Part shown: positions 1 to 9,081 of the stretch, one piece after another | How the letters are laid out: each line of letters begins with the position of its first letter | Position numbering within the stretch: the first letter of the stretch is position 1 | Source of the DNA: Rhodospirillales bacterium | Lineage (GTDB): Bacteria > Pseudomonadota > Alphaproteobacteria > Acetobacterales > Acetobacteraceae | Reading direction: 5' to 3' | Length of the DNA stretch: 63,493 nt | Assembly (NCBI GenBank): GCA_025351925.1 | Contig: JANXVC010000105.1 | Span: forward strand, 1 to 63,493 | Made by a program: the position numbers and the translations under genes | The notes under the pieces: model-generated | Database searches by the model: none | What the model was told of the DNA's origin: nothing | What the model saw: the letters and a program-made list of their open reading frames with translations, nothing else

Positions 1-371
1 TACTCGAGCAACTTGACGACTTCATCGGTCCGCACTGAGCTGGGGCTCACGACTTCAAACACGACGACTGGGTCCGGGACTAACCGCTCGTTGCCGGGAA
101 CTTGCGAGCACGTCACCACGGCCTCGGGGTAGCGCACTTTATTTCCTATAGTTGCGACGCCGCCGCCCTCGGGGAGCATCGGGACACAAGGACTGTCACG
201 CAAGCGCAGCTTGAGTTGGAAGTAGAGATTGCCGGCGATGAGACCGTGGTTGTTGGTGCCGCCGGTCATGGCGACGGGCTGGATGCCGTCGAACTCGTAG
301 CGTCCTTCCTGGCCTTCAGCCCAAACGAAGAACTCCTCTTGGGTCATGGGCTTGCGGAGCGCGACGTTCAT
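1..371 (-). CDS. Uma2-family (PD-(D/E)XK fold) putative endonuclease, 3' end outside window
   Basis: Not in ORF track. Manual translation from ATG at 371: MNVALRKPMTQEEFFVWAEGQEGRYEFDGIQPVAMTGGTNNHGLIAGNL...VRYPEAVVTC...PVVVFEVVSPSSVRTDEVVKLLEY. Paralogous to 39230..39829. Confidence 0.85.
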   Translation of the reverse strand, partial: MNVALRKPMTQEEFFVWAEGQEGRYEFDGIQPVAMTGGTNNHGLIAGNLYFQLKLRLRDSPCVPMLPEGGGVATIGNKVRYPEAVVTCSQVPGNERLVPDPVVVFEVVSPSSVRTDEVVKLLE

Positions 372-550
372 GGGGGCACTCTAACATTGACGGATATGGA
401 TGTCTGGGTCTTTCACCATTTCAGGGTCTGCCGATAGGCGCACAATAGCGAAAGCCCGCGAGATCCGTCGTTTTCTGCCGCTCCATCCGGGCAAACAAAC
501 AATGACGGCCTCTCGCACCCGGTCCATGATCGCGCGGGAGGAACCAACGG

Positions 551-1657
551 ATGGACACCGGGATCACCAACACGGCCGAACTGCAAACCCTGCATGAGAT
601 CATCGCCGCGGCGCATGCGCGGCTCGACCGCAACATGTGGGACTACCTGGTCGGCGGCACCGGGACTGAAACCACGATGCTGCGCAACCGGCTGGCGCTG
701 GACCGCATCGGCTTCCGCCCGCGCGTGCTGCGGGACGTCTCCGCCATCGACACCTCCGGCCGGTTCTTTGGGCATAAAGTCCGGTTGCCAATCTGCCTGG
801 CGCCGGTCGGCGGCCTCGATTTCATGGGCGATGGCGGCGGCATCACCGTGGCGCAGGGCGCGGCGGCGGCCGGGGTGCCGTTCATGCTCAGCTCGGTGTC
901 GGAGCGCGGGATGGCCGCGGTGGCGGCCGCATCGTCGGGGCCGCGGGCGTTCCAGCTCTATGTGCGCGGCGACGGCGCCTGGATGGACGACCATGTTCGC
1001 CAGGCGGTGGACGCCGGATACGACGCGTTCTGCATCACGGTGGACACCGCGCTGTACAGCCGGCGGGAGCGGGACATCGCCAACCGGTTCGCCAAGCCCT
1101 GGCGGGCCGCGGCCGGCGGCATGGAGTTCCAGGCGGCGCTGAGCTGGGACGACATCCGGCGGTTCAAGGATAGGCACGCCATCCCGCTGATCCTGAAGGG
1201 CATCGCCACGGCTGAGGACGCCGTGACCGCCTGCGGGATCGGCGTCGAGGTCGTGTATGTCTCGAACCATGGCGGGCGGCAGCTGGACCACGGCGCCGGC
1301 GCGATCGAAATCCTGCCCGAGATCGTCGCCGCCGTCGCCGGCCGGGCGCGAGTGATGGTCGATGGCGGGTTCAGCCGCGGCAGCGACATCGTGAAGGCGA
1401 TGGCGCTCGGCGCGGACCTTGTCGGCATCGGCCGGCTTTATTGCTACGGCTTTGCCGCGGCTGGGGCCGCTGGAATTGCCCGGGTGGTCGAACTGCTGGA
1501 CATCGAAGTCGCCGAGTGCCTCGGCCTGCTGGGCCTGACCAGCTTCGCGGAGCTTGATGCCTCCTATTTGCGGCCAGCGGAGCCGGTGACGGTCCCGCAT
1601 GTGCACAGCGCATTCCCGTTGCTGACGCTGCCACGGTCGTCGCCGCTGCAGCCGTAG
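551..1657 (+). CDS. FMN-dependent alpha-hydroxy acid oxidase/dehydrogenase
   Basis: Motifs LKGI, VSNHGGRQLD, DGG..RGSDIVKAMALGA; GGAGG RBS upstream. Confidence 0.9.
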   Translation: MDTGITNTAELQTLHEIIAAAHARLDRNMWDYLVGGTGTETTMLRNRLALDRIGFRPRVLRDVSAIDTSGRFFGHKVRLPICLAPVGGLDFMGDGGGITVAQGAAAAGVPFMLSSVSERGMAAVAAASSGPRAFQLYVRGDGAWMDDHVRQAVDAGYDAFCITVDTALYSRRERDIANRFAKPWRAAAGGMEFQAALSWDDIRRFKDRHAIPLILKGIATAEDAVTACGIGVEVVYVSNHGGRQLDHGAGAIEILPEIVAAVAGRARVMVDGGFSRGSDIVKAMALGADLVGIGRLYCYGFAAAGAAGIARVVELLDIEVAECLGLLGLTSFAELDASYLRPAEPVTVPHVHSAFPLLTLPRSSPLQP

Positions 1658-1776
1658 CCCTACCGTGCGCCGCCCTATGGGGCCGGGCTGGGTTGCCAGT
1701 TTCCTTGCTTGAGCGCAACTAGCCGTTTGGCGGCTCGATCAAGCGCATGGTTCGGGCTGGGATGCGAGGAATGACG

Positions 1777-2358
1777 ATGATGAAACTCGGCCGTATGCTC
1801 GCGGGCGTGGCGGCGCTGGGCGGGTGTGCGCCGAACTACTCGCCGGACACCTACGCCAGCGGCTCCGTGCAGCAGGCAAATAAGGTGGAGCAGGGCGTCG
1901 TCGCCGGGCGGCGTCAGGTCGGCGTGAGCGCGGACGGCACGGCGGGCGGGATCACCGGGGCGGCAGCGGGCGGCATCGCCGGCGCGCAGGCGCCGGGCGG
2001 CGGTGTGCGAACCGCGCTGACGGCGCTGGGCGGTACGGTGGTGGGCGGCCTGGTCGGCAGCGGGATCGAGCGGGCCACCGGCGACACCACGGCATTCGAG
2101 TACGTCGTCCGCAAGGCGAACGGCGAGCTGGTGTCGGTCACGCAGAAGGACACGCGGCCGCTGGAGCTCGGGCAGAAAGTGCTGGTGATTGCCGGCGGCC
2201 AGGCACGGATTGTGCCGGACTACACCGTCCCGCCGCCCATGTCGGTTATCGGTGGGCCGGTCACCATTGCACCGGTTTTGCCCGTCGCCAGCTTGCCCCT
2301 CGCGCCGGATCCGCCGTCCGTGGCCGTCCCCGAGCCTACCCCACCACCGGAAAGGTAG
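1777..2358 (+). CDS. SlyB-like glycine-zipper outer-membrane lipoprotein
   Basis: Lipobox ALGGC, Gly-zipper GAAAGGIAG/GGTVVGGLVG, EYVVRK..G..VSVTQ; start chosen after GAGGA RBS. Confidence 0.75.
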   Translation: MMKLGRMLAGVAALGGCAPNYSPDTYASGSVQQANKVEQGVVAGRRQVGVSADGTAGGITGAAAGGIAGAQAPGGGVRTALTALGGTVVGGLVGSGIERATGDTTAFEYVVRKANGELVSVTQKDTRPLELGQKVLVIAGGQARIVPDYTVPPPMSVIGGPVTIAPVLPVASLPLAPDPPSVAVPEPTPPPER

Positions 2359-3850
2359 CCGCGATTGCCCAGGCGAAGGCCAGTGCGATCGCCGCCGCAC
2401 CCACCAGCGGGTGCCCGGTGCGTCGGTAGGCCCAGCCGCTGAACAGCCCGTACACGATCAGGAACAGCAGGATGACGGGCACGATGATGATCAGGAAGAA
2501 CAGCCGCGGCGGGTTCAGCGCGATAGCCAGCACCAGCGACAGCACGAAACATACCTTTGTCAGCGCGTAGGCGCCCGTCCGCGCGCCGGGGCCGCGCGTC
2601 GCCCACTCGTCGGCGACCGAATACACCAGCGTGCCGACCAGCACCGCCAGCATGATCGGCACCCGGCCCGGCGGCAGCATGAACGACGTCACATAGCGGT
2701 CGATCGGCACCCCGATTGCCAGGATGCAATAGGCCGCCATCAGCACGGTCGCCACAATGAACGGCACCTCGGGGGTCCGTCCGCCGGTTGGCTGCCGCAC
2801 CAGCCACAGACCCGCCGCAGTCAGCAGCCCATAGACGGCGTAGTGCACGGTCAGGTAATCGCCCAGCAGGCTTGGCAGGAAATCGGTCGGCAGCTTCCAA
2901 AGCACCAATGGCGTCAGTAACGCCGGCAGCACGGCGACCGGCAGCAACCGCAGCCAAGGCAGCCCGGCCCCAACCGGCGTCGCTGACACGCGCGGAAGCA
3001 GGCTTGCAAGCGGCCAAGCCAGCGCGACCAGGCCCAAATACAGCAGCCCGAGCCACGGGCCCCGCGCGTCGATCCATCCATCGCCCTGGCGCTGGAAAAC
3101 CTGGTTCAGCCACTCCAACGCCTCCACCAGGCTCTGCCGGCTGAACAGCACGCCGATGTGCTCGACCCCGCCGGACAGCGTGGAGCGCCGGGCCGTGCCG
3201 TCGTCAAACCGGCCATAGGTAACCCGCTGCTGCGCCGCGTCGCCGGCCGTCATGCGGGCGATGCGCAGCCCCTCATCGCGGATCATCGCCGGCTCCAGCG
3301 CCCCGGCGATGACCAGCAGGTTGCGCGGCGAGGCGGCCGTAACGCTTGGCGAGAACAAGGAGACCGCGACCGTCGCCTGTATGTCCGGATGCGCCCGCGC
3401 ATAGCCCACGACGATGTCGGACGCCATGGAATGCCCCAGCAACGCGATCTGCTGACCGCCTGGCAGCCCGTGCGCGAACCCGACCACCGCGTCCAGCGCC
3501 CGCATCAGCACCGCGTTGCGCGCGGCGTCGTCGGCCAGGCCGCCGCTGAGCGGCGCCGGGTTCTGGCCGTGGCCGGGAAAATCGAAGGTGACCACCTGGT
3601 AGCCATTCCGCGCCAGGGTCACCGCAAACGGCAGCATAAGCTGCTGCGACCCGGCGAAGCCGTGCGCGACCACCACGACCGGCGCCGGTCCCGCCGAAGC
3701 CAGTGTGAACGTTGTGATCGGAATGACACCGACCCGCCCCCGCGTGACCAGCAGCCCTGCCTCCGCCGCCTCCAACTGCCACAGCGCGACCAGGATCGCC
3801 GCGATGGCGAGAACCGCGACTGCCAGCCTCGGCATAATCCGCATTTGCAT
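2336..3850 (-). CDS. Membrane-bound alpha/beta-fold hydrolase with C-terminal multi-TM domain
   Basis: HGFAGS oxyanion motif, FDFPGHG, nucleophile GHSMA, candidate His in VEHIGVL; hydrophobic C-terminal half. Confidence 0.8.
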   Translation of the reverse strand: MQMRIMPRLAVAVLAIAAILVALWQLEAAEAGLLVTRGRVGVIPITTFTLASAGPAPVVVVAHGFAGSQQLMLPFAVTLARNGYQVVTFDFPGHGQNPAPLSGGLADDAARNAVLMRALDAVVGFAHGLPGGQQIALLGHSMASDIVVGYARAHPDIQATVAVSLFSPSVTAASPRNLLVIAGALEPAMIRDEGLRIARMTAGDAAQQRVTYGRFDDGTARRSTLSGGVEHIGVLFSRQSLVEALEWLNQVFQRQGDGWIDARGPWLGLLYLGLVALAWPLASLLPRVSATPVGAGLPWLRLLPVAVLPALLTPLVLWKLPTDFLPSLLGDYLTVHYAVYGLLTAAGLWLVRQPTGGRTPEVPFIVATVLMAAYCILAIGVPIDRYVTSFMLPPGRVPIMLAVLVGTLVYSVADEWATRGPGARTGAYALTKVCFVLSLVLAIALNPPRLFFLIIIVPVILLFLIVYGLFSGWAYRRTGHPLVGAAAIALAFAWAIAATFPVVG

Positions 3851-3883
3851 CCTTTATTCGTCGTCCCGCCCGCTGGTAGGGAG

Positions 3884-3901
3884 TGTCAAGATGCTGTTAC
3901 A
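3884..3901. promoter_or_regulatory. PpsR/CrtJ binding palindrome TGT-N12-ACA between hydrolase gene and crtI
   Basis: TGT CAAGATGCTGTT ACA, exact consensus, 11 nt before the crtI ATG. Confidence 0.8.
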
Positions 3902-3912
3902 TGCCATGTGTC

Positions 3913-5448
3913 ATGTCCATGCTGCTCGCCGACGCACCCCTCGACGCACCCACGACAGCGCCCCGGCTCCACGCCGTTGTCATCGGCAGCGGCTTCGGCG
4001 GCCTGGCTGCGGCGGTACGGCTCGGCGCGCGCGGTTACCGCGTGACGGTGCTGGAGAAGCTCGACGCCCCCGGCGGCCGCGCCTACGTGTTCCGCCAGGA
4101 CGGCTTCACCTTCGACGGCGGCCCCACAATCGTCACTGCGCCGTTCTTGCTGGAAGAGCTATGGGCCTTGTGCGGCCGGCGCCTGTCGGATGACGTCGAA
4201 CTGCGGCCCATCACCCCGTTCTACCGCATTCGCTTCGACGACGGCGCCGAGTTCAACTACACCGGCGACCCCGCCGCCATGCGCGCCGAGATCGCCCGCT
4301 TCTGCCCGGCCGACGTCGCCGGCTACGAACGTTTCATGGCTGCCAGCGAGGCAATCTTCCGCGTCGGCTTCGAGCAGCTGGGCGACGTGCCGTTCGACAG
4401 CTGGACCGACATGGCCCGCGTCGTGCCGGATCTGCTGCGCCTCGGCAGCCTCAGCAGCGTTTTTCAACTTGTCGCCAAGCACATCCGCGACCCGCGGCTC
4501 CGCGTGGTGCTCAGCTTCCATCCGCTGCTGGTCGGCGGCAACCCGTTCAGCGCCAGTTCGATCTACGCGCTGATCGCCTTCCTGGAGCGCCGCTGGGGCG
4601 TGCACTTCGCCATGGGCGGCACCGGCGCGCTGGTCACGGGCCTCGTGGACCTGATATGCGGCCAGGGCGGCGCGGTGCATTGCAACTCGGAGGTCGCCGA
4701 GATCACGGTGGACCAAGGCGCGGCCACCGGCGTTCGCCTGCAATCTGGCGTGGTGATCCCGGCCGATATCGTGGTGTCCAACGCCGACTCCGCCTGGACC
4801 TACCGGCATTTGGTCGCGGCCGAGCACCGCCGCCGCTGGACCGACCGCCGCATCGAGCGCGCGCGCTACTCCATGAGCCTGTTCGTCTGGTATTTCGGTA
4901 CTCGCCGCCAGTATCCGGACGTCGCGCATCACACCATCCTGCTCGGGCCCCGTTACCGCGAACTGCTGCAGGACATCTTCAAGCGGCATCACTTGGCCGA
5001 CGATTTTTCACTCTACTTGCACCGTCCGACCGCGACCGACTCAACATTGGCGCCGCCGGGCTGCGACGCGTTTTACGTGCTGTCCCCAGTGCCGCATCTC
5101 GCCAGCGGCACCGACTGGGCCGCCACCGCCGAAACCTATCGTCAATCCATCGCCTGCGCGCTCAGTGAGACAATCCTGCCCGGCCTCGAAAACGAGATCG
5201 TCTCCCAGCGCGTGATGACCCCGCAGGATTTCCACGACCGCCTGCTATCCTATCGCGGCGCCGCCTTCGGGATGGAGCCGATCCTCACCCAATCCGCCTG
5301 GTTCCGCCCGCATAACCGGAGCGAGGATGTCGATCGCCTGTTCCTCGTCGGCGCCGGGACGCATCCCGGCGCTGGCCTGCCCGGCGTCCTGTGTTCAGCG
5401 CGTGTCCTCGATACGGTGGTGCCGCATGCCTCAGCCCTTGCTCGATAG
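3913..5448 (+). CDS. crtI: Phytoene desaturase
   Basis: VIGSGFGGLAAA FAD motif, FDGGPTIVT, C-terminal LVGAGTHPGAGLPGV. Start uncertain (3913/3919). Confidence 0.95.
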   Translation: MSMLLADAPLDAPTTAPRLHAVVIGSGFGGLAAAVRLGARGYRVTVLEKLDAPGGRAYVFRQDGFTFDGGPTIVTAPFLLEELWALCGRRLSDDVELRPITPFYRIRFDDGAEFNYTGDPAAMRAEIARFCPADVAGYERFMAASEAIFRVGFEQLGDVPFDSWTDMARVVPDLLRLGSLSSVFQLVAKHIRDPRLRVVLSFHPLLVGGNPFSASSIYALIAFLERRWGVHFAMGGTGALVTGLVDLICGQGGAVHCNSEVAEITVDQGAATGVRLQSGVVIPADIVVSNADSAWTYRHLVAAEHRRRWTDRRIERARYSMSLFVWYFGTRRQYPDVAHHTILLGPRYRELLQDIFKRHHLADDFSLYLHRPTATDSTLAPPGCDAFYVLSPVPHLASGTDWAATAETYRQSIACALSETILPGLENEIVSQRVMTPQDFHDRLLSYRGAAFGMEPILTQSAWFRPHNRSEDVDRLFLVGAGTHPGAGLPGVLCSARVLDTVVPHASALAR

Positions 5449-6475
5449 CGCCGACCTCGCCGCTTGCCGCGACCTGCTGCGCGGGGGTTCGCGCAGCTTC
5501 TTCGCCGCCTCGCTGCTGCTGCCGCGCTGGGTTCATGAGCCGGCGACGGCGCTGTATGCATTTTGCCGGGTGGCGGATGACCTGATCGACGCTGGCGATA
5601 GTCCGGCCGTGGCCCTTGCGGATTTGCGGGCGCGGCTCGACGCCGCCTATGCCGGGCAGCCCCGGCCCATTGCCGCCGACCGGGCGCTCGCCGCCGTCGT
5701 GCTGCGCCACGCTATTCCGCGCACCCTGCTGGACGCGCTGCTGGAGGGCTTCGCCTGGGACGCCGCCGGACGCCGTTACGACAGCCTGACCAATCTCGAG
5801 GCTTACGCCGCCCGGGTCGCTGGCGCGGTCGGCGCCATGATGGCGACGCTGATGGGTGAGCGTTCGGCGGAGGGTGTGGCCCGCGCCTGCGACCTCGGCA
5901 TCGCCATGCAGCTCAGCAACATCGCTCGTGACGTGGGCGAAGACGCCCGGGCGGGCCGGCTCTATCTGCCGCAGGACTGGCTGCGCGCTGCCGGGATCGA
6001 CCCCGACGTGTGGCTGGCCTGCCCGGTCTTCAACCCTGCGCTGGCCAGCGTCATAGAACGCCTGCTGCAGGCGGCCGACGGCCTCTATCGCCGCGCCGAC
6101 TCCGGCATCACAGCACTGCCCCGCGCCTGCCGACCCGGCATTGGCGCCGCGCGGCAGCTCTATTCCGAGATCGGCCAGCAGGTTGCCCGCCAAGGCTATG
6201 ACAGCGTCGGCAGCCGCGCCGTCGTGCCGCCCAGCCGCAAGCTGCGCCTGCTGGCCCGCAGCCTGGCCGCTGCAACCCGCAGGCCGCGCCCGATCGGCCC
6301 GATTCCAACCCAGGAGGCCGCGCGCTATTTGGTCAGTGCCGTCATCGCAGCGCCTGCCCCGTTGCGCCCCGCGGCGCGCCCGCCGGTTTGGCAGGCCTTC
6401 GATGATCGGGTCGCCTGGCTTTACACCCTGTTCGACCAACTCGATGAACGGCAGATGAGCCGGGAGCGCCCCTGA
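5426..6475 (+). CDS. crtB: Phytoene synthase
   Basis: GSRSFFAAS, YAFCRVADD, QLSNIARDVGED..GRLYLP motifs; ATG 5426 overlaps the crtI end. Confidence 0.95.
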   Translation: MPQPLLDSADLAACRDLLRGGSRSFFAASLLLPRWVHEPATALYAFCRVADDLIDAGDSPAVALADLRARLDAAYAGQPRPIAADRALAAVVLRHAIPRTLLDALLEGFAWDAAGRRYDSLTNLEAYAARVAGAVGAMMATLMGERSAEGVARACDLGIAMQLSNIARDVGEDARAGRLYLPQDWLRAAGIDPDVWLACPVFNPALASVIERLLQAADGLYRRADSGITALPRACRPGIGAARQLYSEIGQQVARQGYDSVGSRAVVPPSRKLRLLARSLAAATRRPRPIGPIPTQEAARYLVSAVIAAPAPLRPAARPPVWQAFDDRVAWLYTLFDQLDERQMSRERP

Positions 6476-6624
6476 TGTTCGCGCAATGGGAATGGGCTAT
6501 CCTGCTGCTGGTCCTGGGCCTGCTGATCGCCGAGCTGATTTCTACTCGCCGCTCGATCCGCCGCGCCAGGGATGGCGCGCCGCACGCCGAAAGGTCACCA
6601 CCGCCGCGGAATCCGGAACGGTAG
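6475..6624 (+). CDS. 49-aa single-transmembrane microprotein translationally coupled to crtB
   Basis: TGATG overlap with the crtB stop, GGGAG upstream; MFAQWEWAILLLVLGLLIAELISTRRSIRRARDGAPHAERSPPPRNPER*; CTG/ATC-rich codons like the host; basic patch after the helix. Confidence 0.65.
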   Translation: MFAQWEWAILLLVLGLLIAELISTRRSIRRARDGAPHAERSPPPRNPER

Positions 6625-7809
6625 CATCGCCTGCACCCACGGCGTCCGGAAACGGTCTAGCGACAGGCTCTCATGCACCGCCGTAACGGGCTCGCCCAGC
6701 AGCCGCGTCTCGATCACCGAGCGTGAGTAGAACGGCGTGTCCTCCAGCGTCTGCCGCACCGTCGGGACGCCATCGGCCCGCGTGACCCGCGGGACCCGCC
6801 ACAGCCGTGTGGGCGGCAGCACGGCCGGCGGCGGCGGCGAAAATGTTTCGACCGCGCCATCGCGCCCGACCCGCAGCGCCAACGACTGATCCCCGCCCAC
6901 CCTTCGCGTCGCGTTGTATAGAATGGTGGCCCCGTGCCGCATCGGCGCGCGGCACCAGTCCCACTCGACGAAATCGTCCTCGAGCGCCGCGTCTCCTTCG
7001 TTGGTATCGAGGTAGCCCGGTCCCGACCAGCGCAGCGCCGGGTGGCTCAGCGCCACCTCGACGCGCGACACCGGGGCGATCGGCGACCAGCGGTGCCGCC
7101 CGGCGGCGTCCAGGTTGAAACGGCGGCCCGTCACCGCGGATGGACGCACGCGCACGGTGCCGCGGATGCGCGAGGGCAGGGGCGCCGTCACCTCGTCGAT
7201 GTCGATCGTCAAAGTGTCGCCGTCCCAGCGCAGCGCGCTCGGTCCGATCGCGAGGTGCCGCGGCCCGCGGTCCACGGCACCGGCGCCTCGCTCGGTCATT
7301 GCCCAGCGCTTCGGCCGGCCATACAGCACGGCGTTCAGGGCGCAGAACTGCAGTGGATCGCCGCTGCCACGCTGGCGGGACCACTTATAAAACGGCGAGA
7401 ACACGCTGCCCAGGAAGGCGATCAGCGTGATCCCGTGCTGCCCGTCGTCACTCAGCGCATCGACGTACCACCAGGCATAGCCGCCGCGCGCAACCGGCTG
7501 GTCGAAGCCGAGTCCCGCATTGGCAGGTCGGCCAGCAGGCTCGCCGCCGCCAGCCGGCCCGACAGCGCTGCCATCGGCACCCCCGCTCCCGGATGGGTGC
7601 TGCCGCCCGCCAGATACAGGCCGGGCACCCGGGTCCGCGCGCCCGGCCGTTTGAACGTCGCCGTCGCCCCGTGCACCGCTGGGCCGTATAGCGCCCCGCC
7701 CGTCCCCGGAAACAGCCGATGGAATCCCTCCGGCGTCGTCGTCTCCGTGGCTTGTTGCGTCAAATTCAGGCCGCATCGGGCCAACAGGCGAAGGCTCCGG
7801 TCGTTGCAT
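6595..7809 (-). CDS. crtC: Hydroxyneurosporene synthase (carotenoid 1,2-hydratase); true start uncertain, overlaps crtD
   Basis: GGYAWWYVDALSDDG, IAFLGSVFSPFY, HRWSPIAP, GYLDTNEG, LEDTPFYSR, VHESLSLDRF motifs. Confidence 0.92.
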   Translation of the reverse strand: MQRPEPSPVGPMRPEFDATSHGDDDAGGIPSAVSGDGRGAIRPSGARGDGDVQTAGRADPGARPVSGGRQHPSGSGGADGSAVGPAGGGEPAGRPANAGLGFDQPVARGGYAWWYVDALSDDGQHGITLIAFLGSVFSPFYKWSRQRGSGDPLQFCALNAVLYGRPKRWAMTERGAGAVDRGPRHLAIGPSALRWDGDTLTIDIDEVTAPLPSRIRGTVRVRPSAVTGRRFNLDAAGRHRWSPIAPVSRVEVALSHPALRWSGPGYLDTNEGDAALEDDFVEWDWCRAPMRHGATILYNATRRVGGDQSLALRVGRDGAVETFSPPPPAVLPPTRLWRVPRVTRADGVPTVRQTLEDTPFYSRSVIETRLLGEPVTAVHESLSLDRFRTPWVQAMLPFRIPRRW

Positions 7810-8984
7810 TGCTCAATCTCCGTGGCGGTTGGGGGCCGCGCATCGCCGTTGGGCGGCGCGTTGACAAGGCACAGCAGGCGTTCGGGGCCAGTCAGGAGAG
7901 CGTCGTCGTCCCCACGGTCCTGGGCACACACATAAACGGTCGGCTCTTGCGGCAGTGCGCCGGCAGCGAGCTCGCGGAACTCGGCCGCGTAGTCGCTGGA
8001 AAAGAATACGTTATGACGCGACAGCGGAAAGCCCTCGGCCCGGGCCACCGTCGCCCAGGTGACGGCCGAGAGCGACCGGCTCTTCGCCGTCACTACGGGC
8101 GTCGAGCCCCGCACCGCTGCACCCAGCAGCCCGGCCGCGACGGCGCCTGCATCGGCGTTGACCACCACCGCCCCAGCCGCGATCCGCTCGCCGTCGGTTA
8201 GCCGCACTCCGGCCACCCTCCCGCGCTCCACGAGCACCTCGGCCGCTTCGGCGCCATAGCGCAGCGTCGCCCCGCGCGCCGCTGCGAGCCCGGCCAGCGC
8301 CTGCGCGATCCGGTGCATGCCGCCCTCGACCAGCCACACGCCGTCGCGCTCGACATGCGCCACCAGCATCAGAGTGGCCGGCGCCAGGAACGGCGAGGAC
8401 CCGCAATACGTCGCATAGCGCCCAAACAACTGCCGCAGCCGCGGGTCCGCGAAGTGCTGGCTGAGCGCTTTCCACAGCGTGTCGAACGGCCGGATGCCCC
8501 ACAGCGCGACCGCGCCGGCGTCCCGCACCAGCGAGCTCATGCTGGGCCGCGCGCCGCGGATGAACGGTTTTTCTAAAGTCGCATAGATGCGCCGTGCCTC
8601 TGCCGAGAACGCCAGGAACCCGGCCGCCTCGGTTGCGCCAGCAAATTGCCCGATGGCGTCGGCCGAGCGCTCCAGATCGGCGAACAGGTCCAGTCGCTGA
8701 TCGGCGTTCCAGGCATGCCGCGCCAGGACGCTGGCCGGACGCAGCGTCAGGTGATCGGACAATGCAGCGCCAGCATCGGCGAAAATCGCCTCGAACACCC
8801 AGCGCATCGTGAACACCGTCGGCCCGGCGTCCAGCTGCCGCCCCGCCACAGTAACCTCCCGCAGCTTGCCGCCTGGAGTCGCCGCGCGCTCCAGCACCGT
8901 CACGTCCAGCCCAGCGCAGGCCAGCTCCAGCGCCGCCACCAGGCCGCCCACCCCGCCTCCGATCACGACGACCTGACGTGCCAT
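7452..8984 (-). CDS. crtD: 1-hydroxycarotenoid 3,4-desaturase
   Basis: IGGGVGGL, DAGPTVFTMRWVF, LFGRYATYCGSSP, LAGGSTHPGAGVPMAALSG. Confidence 0.95.
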   Translation of the reverse strand: MARQVVVIGGGVGGLVAALELACAGLDVTVLERAATPGGKLREVTVAGRQLDAGPTVFTMRWVFEAIFADAGAALSDHLTLRPASVLARHAWNADQRLDLFADLERSADAIGQFAGATEAAGFLAFSAEARRIYATLEKPFIRGARPSMSSLVRDAGAVALWGIRPFDTLWKALSQHFADPRLRQLFGRYATYCGSSPFLAPATLMLVAHVERDGVWLVEGGMHRIAQALAGLAAARGATLRYGAEAAEVLVERGRVAGVRLTDGERIAAGAVVVNADAGAVAAGLLGAAVRGSTPVVTAKSRSLSAVTWATVARAEGFPLSRHNVFFSSDYAAEFRELAAGALPQEPTVYVCAQDRGDDDALLTGPERLLCLVNAPPNGDARPPTATEIEQCNDRSLRLLARCGLNLTQQATETTTPEGFHRLFPGTGGALYGPAVHGATATFKRPGARTRVPGLYLAGGSTHPGAGVPMAALSGRLAAASLLADLPMRDSASTSRLRAAAMPGGTSMR

Positions 8985-9012
8985 CCGTCCCCCAGAAACC
9001 GCTTGACCTCGA

Positions 9013-9056
9013 TGTCAATTAACGTTGACAGTCGCATCTGACAATCCAGCCTGACA
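9013..9056. promoter_or_regulatory. Tandem PpsR/CrtJ boxes in the divergent crtD/crtE promoter
   Basis: TGT CAATTAACGTTG ACA (9013-9030), 8-bp spacer, TGA CAATCCAGCCTG ACA (9039-9056). Confidence 0.85.
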
Positions 9057-9081
9057 GATGGGCCGGGCAAGGGGAAGCATA

